Shown here in pieces: positions 58,726-64,000 of a DNA stretch of 64,000 nt. The DNA comes from Planctomycetota bacterium. Lineage in GTDB: Bacteria; Planctomycetota; Planctomycetia; Pirellulales; UBA1268. Under the pieces are notes generated by a model, which was not told the origin of the DNA, did no database searches, and was given only the letters and a program-made list of their open reading frames with translations. The position numbers were made by a program, and so were the translations under genes. Numbering within the stretch: the stretch's first letter is position 1; the number at the start of each line of letters is the position of its first letter. The stretch covers positions 95,871-159,870 of the forward strand of contig JAPOIM010000001.1 in assembly GCA_029978905.1 (NCBI GenBank), given 5' to 3'.

Positions 58726-58940
58726 ATCGCGTTCCTGCGGCTGGACTCGATCAATGCACGCTCAACTCCTTCAGAGTCTACGCCGCATCGTTTTCGACTG
58801 CCAAACCTCGACTCTCGGAATCGCCAACTCATTGCACGTTCCTCATGCGGTCGTCACAATCGACATGAGCGATCGCAGTTTCTGCAGCGGCCGGAATCGC
58901 TGTGGGGCGTGTGTCGCACGTGTTCTTTTCGGAGCCAGTC

Positions 58941-59252
58941 ATGCTTCATTACTCCTGCGACATGTGTAAGCGGCCGATCGATACCTGCTGCGAGGCCCGG
59001 CACGTTGTGAAGATCGATGTCTTCCAGGCGGTAGACGACAGCAGCGACGGCTGCGGTGAAGCGGACGACTTCGATCATCTTGATGACGTTCAGGAACTGC
59101 TGCAGCGGATCGACGAGCAGGATCTTGAGATGCTCGAAGACGAAGTTGCCCGCACCCTCCGCTTCGACCTGTGCGATGCATGCCGTCGGGCATTCTTGAA
59201 GAATCCGCTCGGGGCGAAGTCGCCCAAAAGCCTCAACTTCAGCAACAACTAA
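58941..59252 (+). CDS. Small acidic protein with two CxxC pairs (zinc-ribbon-like)
   Basis: The ATG at 58941 gives MLHYSCDMCKRPI... and later FDLCDACRRAF. The centre is strongly acidic (DDSSDGCGEADDFDHLDDVQELLQRIDEQDLEMLEDE). Confidence 0.55.
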   Translation: MLHYSCDMCKRPIDTCCEARHVVKIDVFQAVDDSSDGCGEADDFDHLDDVQELLQRIDEQDLEMLEDEVARTLRFDLCDACRRAFLKNPLGAKSPKSLNFSNN

Positions 59253-59465
59253 AGCCCGCGTCCTCGCAGCATCGCGTGCCATTCTTCACGTGATTCAGAT
59301 CCCGTGAACCACGAGGCCTTCGCCGGGCAGTGCGATGAAAATCGCGTTCTGCCGCTTCGCTGCGAGGCCTTTGTTGCGTTGTCGGCAGCAGATGCGATGC
59401 TCTGGCATGACGAGCTTTTCGCTTGCCCTTGTTCGAGCCGCTTCCCTCTAGAAAGGACCACGTTC

Positions 59466-60542
59466 ATGGCTGACCGTCCCCTTGCAATCGCAACAATCCC
59501 TGGCGACGGGACTGGTCCTGAAGTGACTCGGGAGGCCGTGAAGGTCCTCGAGGCCGTTTCCAAGCTCGAAGGCTTCACCTACGAAATCGAAGAACTCGAC
59601 TGGGGCGGTGACCGCTACCTGCGGACCGGGGACCTGATCCCCGAAGGGGGCCTCGACCTGCTACGGAGCAAGCAGGCGGTGTTCCTTGGTGCCATCGGGC
59701 ATCCAGACGTGCAGCCGGGCGTGCTCGAGAAGGGCCTGCTGCTGCAACTTCGCTTTCAACTCGATCAGTACATCAACCTTCGGCCAGTGAAGCTTCTCCC
59801 TGGCGTTGAGACGCCTCTTGCCGGCCGCGGCCCTGACGACATCGACTTCGTCGTCGTGCGTGAGAACACGGAAGACCTCTACTGCGGCGTGGGCGGCTTT
59901 CTCAAGAAAGACACTGCGGATGAGGTCGCTGTCCAACAGGCGATCTACACGCGGAAGGGCTGCGAACGATGCATCCGCTGGGCGTTTGAGTACACCCGCA
60001 AGCGAAACAGCCCGAAGAAGACGCTCACACTGGTCGCCAAAACCAACGTCCTCACGTTCGGTCACGACCTGTGGTGGCGGACCTTCCAAGAAGTGGCTCG
60101 CGAATACCCCGACGTGAAGACCGACTACAACCACGTCGATGCGTGCTGCATGTGGATGGTGAAGAACCCCGACTTCTATGACGTGATCGTCACCACCAAC
60201 ATGTTTGGCGACATCATCACCGACCTTGCCGGCATCCTGCAGGGTGGCATGGGCGTCGCCGCTGGCGGCAACCTCAATCCCGATGCGGGCGGCGTGAGCA
60301 TGTTCGAGCCGATGGGTGGCAGCGCTCCGAAGTACACCGGCACCGATCAGATCAACCCGATCGCCGCCATCAACGCGATGGCAATGCTGCTGGAGCACTC
60401 CGGACAGCCTGCCGCGGCGGCTCGCATCGAGAAGGCGGTTGCCCACGTGACCGGCACCAAGATGAAGAGTCAGGCCGCTGGCCGCATGGGCTACGGGACC
60501 GCAGCAGTAGGCGACCTCGTGGTCGAGGCTTTGGGCAGCTAA
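59466..60542 (+). CDS. leuB: Isocitrate/isopropylmalate dehydrogenase family enzyme. It is either 3-isopropylmalate dehydrogenase or a tartrate/D-malate dehydrogenase-like enzyme.
   Basis: The ATG at 59466 gives MADRPLAIATIPGDGTGPEV. Motifs are LRPVKLLPGV, DFVVVRENTEDLY, NMFGDIITDLA and EPMGGSAPKY. Specificity cannot be decided by eye. Confidence 0.75.
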   Translation: MADRPLAIATIPGDGTGPEVTREAVKVLEAVSKLEGFTYEIEELDWGGDRYLRTGDLIPEGGLDLLRSKQAVFLGAIGHPDVQPGVLEKGLLLQLRFQLDQYINLRPVKLLPGVETPLAGRGPDDIDFVVVRENTEDLYCGVGGFLKKDTADEVAVQQAIYTRKGCERCIRWAFEYTRKRNSPKKTLTLVAKTNVLTFGHDLWWRTFQEVAREYPDVKTDYNHVDACCMWMVKNPDFYDVIVTTNMFGDIITDLAGILQGGMGVAAGGNLNPDAGGVSMFEPMGGSAPKYTGTDQINPIAAINAMAMLLEHSGQPAAAARIEKAVAHVTGTKMKSQAAGRMGYGTAAVGDLVVEALGS

Positions 60543-61549
60543 CCATCGCTAAGAGGAATCCGGCGGCCTTCGCGTTGACTCGCGTTGGCCGCCGAGACCA
60601 CCTTCATCGCAAACAGTGTGTCATCGAGACCGCTGACATGGCGGACGAGGCTCGTCACCATGCGGTGAAACTGAGCGAGCATCATCTCGCCAACGGGCCG
60701 ATCATTCTCGAGCGACTCCATGTGCCGGCCCGCCGTGTCAAACCAGACCAGCGAGGTGGGAAGGTCGACGAAAGCGATGCCGTTGTCGCAGGCAACCTGC
60801 AGGGCCGCTGGCGGGCGGAAGGTGACGGCCTCTTCCCACTGCTGCGGCATGTAGTAGCCGCAGCTGATCTGAGCAAGGCACCCGGAGCCTGTCGGCGGAC
60901 GAGGCGAAAAGTCGAGGCTCATCATCTGGTAGTCATCGACGCCTTCCACTTTGGCATCGGCATGACGAACACCCACGACGCTCGTGGGAAGCGTGCCGGC
61001 GACGTACCCACACCAATCCACGAGTTCCATCAGGTCGCGTGACTCTGTTCCCTGGTCGCGCACGGCCACGCCCTGCTTCTCAACCGCAACGCGACGGTGG
61101 CAGAAGAGCATCCGAGGGCAGCCCAGACGCGTGGCGATCAGTTCTTTGAGTCGGATCGTTGCCGGCGCGTGACGACGCGGGAGTTCGGCCATGAAGGCAA
61201 TCCCAGACGCGTCGACGCGTTCCCTGAGGAGCGCCGCCTCGTGGGCATCGAGCGGAAACGAGAGTGCCGAATAGACCGCCTTGCCGTAATCACACGCCGC
61301 CAGGATTGGCGTCACGCCATACCACTGATCAGAGAGGCAGAGAATCACATCGATGTCGTCACGGGCAGCGAGGGCGCGATAGCCATCGACAGGGATCGCG
61401 TTGAGTTCTCGCGCGGCCCGTTCGGCTCGATGCGACACCTGTTCGCAGATGCCGCGAACCTCGAACCGATCCACAAGCGTTCGCAGCGCCGGCAGGTAGC
61501 GGCTCTCCCAGTTGGGCCCGAGCCCGACAATCCCCGCCCGGAGTTTCAT
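60539..61549 (-). CDS. Gfo/Idh/MocA family oxidoreductase
   Basis: N-terminal Rossmann-type region KLRAGIVGLGPNWESRYLPAL. Its start overlaps the purD stop (ATGA on the minus strand at 61546-61549). Confidence 0.7.
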   Translation of the reverse strand: MKLRAGIVGLGPNWESRYLPALRTLVDRFEVRGICEQVSHRAERAARELNAIPVDGYRALAARDDIDVILCLSDQWYGVTPILAACDYGKAVYSALSFPLDAHEAALLRERVDASGIAFMAELPRRHAPATIRLKELIATRLGCPRMLFCHRRVAVEKQGVAVRDQGTESRDLMELVDWCGYVAGTLPTSVVGVRHADAKVEGVDDYQMMSLDFSPRPPTGSGCLAQISCGYYMPQQWEEAVTFRPPAALQVACDNGIAFVDLPTSLVWFDTAGRHMESLENDRPVGEMMLAQFHRMVTSLVRHVSGLDDTLFAMKVVSAANASQREGRRIPLSDG

Positions 61550-62934
61550 CTCGACTCCACCTCTTCGTCGCGTGCGGCGAGTTCACGCTCGCGACGGATA
61601 CCTTTGTCAGCGATGTCCTTGCGGCACCAACCGCCAATCCAGCGGATGGCCCGCACGCCCGTGTAGGCCTGCAGTTTTGCCTGAGGCAATGTCGGAGCCG
61701 TCGCCGTCACCGCAAGAACACGGCCGCCGGCCGTCTCCACCTGACCATCGACGCGTTTTGTGCCGGCGTGGAAAACCTGCACCCCAGGCACCTCTGCTGC
61801 CTCATGCAGCCCACGAATCGGATGGCCGCTGGGATAGGACCCGGGATAGCCCTCCGCCGCCATCACCACAGCCACGGCAGCCTCACGTTTCCATTCTGGG
61901 GGCTCCACCTCCTCCAGACGCCCGTCGACTGCGGCGTCGAGCAGATCGAGCAGACTGGACTTCAGCAGGGCCATCAGAGGCTGGCACTCCGGATCGCCAA
62001 ACCGCACGTTGTATTCGAGCACTTTGGGACCCTGCGGCGTCAGCATCAGCCCGGCATACAGGACTCCCTGAAAGGGTGTGCGGCCTCGCTTCATCGCGTG
62101 GATCGTGGGCACAAGAATCTGTTCCTCGATCTCGGCGAGCATCGCGGCATCCACAAATGGCGTGGGGCAGTAGGCCCCCATACCGCCGGTGTTGGGCCCT
62201 TGATCCCCGTCGTAAGCCGCCTTGTGGTCCTGCAGCGGCGGCAGCGTGACAATCGTGCGGCCGTCGGTGATCGCCAAAACGCTCACTTCAATGCCATCGA
62301 GCCGTTCCTCGATCAGGATCGACTGCCCGCCGTCCGCCAAGGCCTCGACAGCCGCGAGCGCCTCGTCGCGCGTCGAACACACGAACACGCCTTTGCCAGC
62401 CGCAAGCCCGTCGGCCTTCACAACCAACGGCGTCTCTTCGCGGGCCTCGAGATACTCCCGTGCCTTCTCGCCCGACCGAAACTCCCGGTAGGCCGCGGTG
62501 GGAACATCGCCTCGATGGAGAACCTTCTTGCAAAAAGCTTTGCTTCCTTCGAGCCGGGCCGCGTCTGCGGTCGGGCCAAAGATCCGCAGCTTCTTGGCTT
62601 GGAAGGCGTCAACGATCCCTGCCACCAGCGGCACCTCAGGACCGACTACCGTCAGGTCGACCTTCCGCTTGATCGCCACATCGAGCAGGCTTCGGATGTC
62701 ATCGACCGCGATCGGCAGGTTTTCCCCAACAGTGGCCGTCCCGGCGTTGCCGGGGGCAATCAGCACCTCGGCGCCATCTGCGGCAAGTTTCCAGGCGATC
62801 GCATGTTCACGCCCTCCAGAACCGACGACAAGAACACGTTTGGAGTGCGGCACGTTCGCTTGAATCCTATGAGAAATACGGCGGCAGAGAGGGCGGGGCC
62901 GTGGGACCCTGGAAGCCTTTTCGGCTTCCGACAC
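61546..62934 (-). CDS. purD: Phosphoribosylamine--glycine ligase
   Basis: RVLVVGSGGREHAIAWKL, PLVVKADGLAAGKGV and the ATP-grasp body. The true start may be the GTG at 62853, because the first 27 residues are Arg-rich and not PurD-like. Confidence 0.9.
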   Translation of the reverse strand: MSEAEKASRVPRPRPLCRRISHRIQANVPHSKRVLVVGSGGREHAIAWKLAADGAEVLIAPGNAGTATVGENLPIAVDDIRSLLDVAIKRKVDLTVVGPEVPLVAGIVDAFQAKKLRIFGPTADAARLEGSKAFCKKVLHRGDVPTAAYREFRSGEKAREYLEAREETPLVVKADGLAAGKGVFVCSTRDEALAAVEALADGGQSILIEERLDGIEVSVLAITDGRTIVTLPPLQDHKAAYDGDQGPNTGGMGAYCPTPFVDAAMLAEIEEQILVPTIHAMKRGRTPFQGVLYAGLMLTPQGPKVLEYNVRFGDPECQPLMALLKSSLLDLLDAAVDGRLEEVEPPEWKREAAVAVVMAAEGYPGSYPSGHPIRGLHEAAEVPGVQVFHAGTKRVDGQVETAGGRVLAVTATAPTLPQAKLQAYTGVRAIRWIGGWCRKDIADKGIRRERELAARDEEVESR

Positions 62935-63161
62935 GTCAAGAACGCAGCGACTCCTTTGTCAGCCCACGATTCCCGCGAACCCGACGAGACGCACCCAAGG
63001 GTGTCTATGCTGACACACGCATCGACGTGGCAGAGGTGACTGCCGTGCCGATTGTGGCGATCATGCCGGCTGTCGTTCAAGAGAGTCAGGCAAAGCGGGG
63101 GGCTTCACGTATCTGGGGTGACGTTGACAGTACCGCAGTGGCCGATAGAGTTAAGAGAGAC

Positions 63162-63210
63162 TTCGTGAAAAAAATCACGAACCCCTTTTTTTCCCGATGT
63201 TTTCGGGAAA
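63162..63210 (+). other. Two adjacent hairpins flanking a C4T7 tract in the lowest-GC patch of the window
   Basis: Hairpin 1 is TTCGTGA-AAAAAA-TCACGAA (63162-63181). CCCC and T7 (63186-63192) follow. Hairpin 2 is TTTCCCGA-TGTTT-TCGGGAAA (63190-63210) and re-uses part of the T tract. Confidence 0.5.
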
Positions 63211-63555
63211 GAGTGCTCGATATGGAGCAGAGCAGGGTGAGAAACGCGTTCGTTGCCACACCACGGACGGGGCAGCGGGAAAAGATGTCGCGGTTGTCGG
63301 GTCCTGAGCAGTGGCACAGGATTGCTGGTCGCACTACGCCTCGCGGCCTCACGGGCGAGGGGTTTCCGGCTCGGCCCAGCCGACAGTTTGCGGCACTGCT
63401 TTCGGTTCGACGCGGCTTTTCGTCGCCGAACGTTTCGAGCGCAGTCTCGTCAGGCTCTTTCACGGATGAGGGGATGTCGTTTAACGCGAGCAGGTCGCGA
63501 CGGCTGAGTCATGTCCATGACTCATGCCTCGCGAGCAGGCGTCAAGGTGAGCAGC

Positions 63556-64000
63556 ATGGCTGATCGAAAAAAGATGTCGGTGGCGGAGATTCTTGCAGCG
63601 GCGCGAGCTCAGAAGGCAGGCGGCGGCGAGAGCAGCCCGCCCGCAGAGAGCGAGCCGGCGAGCGCGGCAGACAACGCCGCAGAGACGACCGCAGCAGCCA
63701 GCAGCGAGGTAGCCGCGGCTGAGGCTCCTGCGGCTCCGGCAGCCGCCACACCCGCTGTGGCCAAGGGGGGTGCTCGGCCAAGCGTGGCCGAGATCATGAA
63801 ACTTGCCCGCCAAAAGGCGGCGGCAGAGGCGCCCGCCGAAGCAGCCCCCGCGAAGCCGGCTGCGAAAGCGGCCGCTCCCAAGCCCGCAGCGGCAAAAGCC
63901 TCAGGGGACAAGCCCGCGGCCCCCAAAATGGCCGCCATGCCGCGTGATACCGCCAGCATTCTGGCCGCCGCTCGAGCTGGAGCGAAGCCTGGCCCCGTGA
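63556..64000 (+). CDS. Partial CDS (5' end only) encoding an Ala/Pro-rich protein with a thrice-repeated amphipathic motif
   Basis: Not in the ORF track because no stop lies in the window. My translation from the ATG at 63556 is MADRKKMSVAEILAAARAQKAGGGESSPPAESEPASAADNAAETTAAASSEVAAAEAPAAPAAATPAVAKGGARPSVAEIMKLARQKAAAEAPAEAAPAKPAAKAAAPKPAAAKASGDKPAAPKMAAMPRDTASILAAARAGAKPGP. The frame is open to the window end. Confidence 0.6.
   Translation, partial: MADRKKMSVAEILAAARAQKAGGGESSPPAESEPASAADNAAETTAAASSEVAAAEAPAAPAAATPAVAKGGARPSVAEIMKLARQKAAAEAPAEAAPAKPAAKAAAPKPAAAKASGDKPAAPKMAAMPRDTASILAAARAGAKPGPV

Noticed and set aside
63030-63130. A ZTP (pfl) riboswitch near purD, suggested by GTGACTGCCG and GATTGTGGCGATC.
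   Set aside because: The resemblance to GUGACUGGCG is partial. The sequence is on the strand opposite purD. The obligatory CCGCCUGGGC 3' module is absent.
62901-63563. 220-aa plus-strand ORF filling the purD-upstream intergenic region, and the 125-aa minus-strand ORF at 63086..63463.
   Set aside because: Both have Arg/Ser-rich composition and no motifs. They overlap each other. Their frames differ from that of the convincing ATG-initiated Ala-rich gene at 63556.

Overview
GC-rich bacterial chromosomal window (about two-thirds G+C by eye, not computed). The gene content points to Planctomycetota: DUF1570 HExxH protein, DUF1080-ThuA fusion, PEP-CTERM protein, MoxR/BatA-type operon, HEAT-repeat lipoprotein, many proline/alanine-rich secreted proteins, and weak or absent Shine-Dalgarno sequences. 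I support about 55 protein genes and one tRNA-Leu(UAA). I found no rRNA, CRISPR array, transposase, integrase or phage genes, so this reads as core chromosome rather than an accessory island. Housekeeping genes are gdh (partial), mgtE, thiC, cysS, ispF, polA-coaE, rho, ribH-nusB, ftsY, tatC, apgM, an IPMDH-family gene and purD. Many long listed ORFs are antisense or off-frame shadows typical of high-GC DNA and were discarded. Several true starts lie well inside the listed ORFs. Two edge-truncated genes (1..1119 minus, 63556..64000 plus) are missing from the ORF track and were found by direct translation. I found no clear undescribed system. The most notable items follow. (1) A tightly coupled five-gene operon at 41037-50766 (beta-propeller, MoxR, BatA_N protein, terpenoid-cyclase-like repeat protein, NPCBM protein) with no DUF58 or vWA partner. 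(2) A TIM-barrel/UbiA/TIM-barrel operon at 15194-17948 that partly resembles the ebo cluster. (3) A DAC (c-di-AMP synthase-like) domain protein with an altered RHR motif. (4) A membrane-anchored pseudokinase. (5) A membrane-anchored coiled-coil protein with a BRCT-like C-terminus. (6) A chemoreceptor split by a frameshift. (7) A degenerate PGI-like protein. (8) Structured non-coding elements at 8721-8755, 14971-15106 and 62935-63555. All family assignments come from motif recognition by eye. No database search was run.
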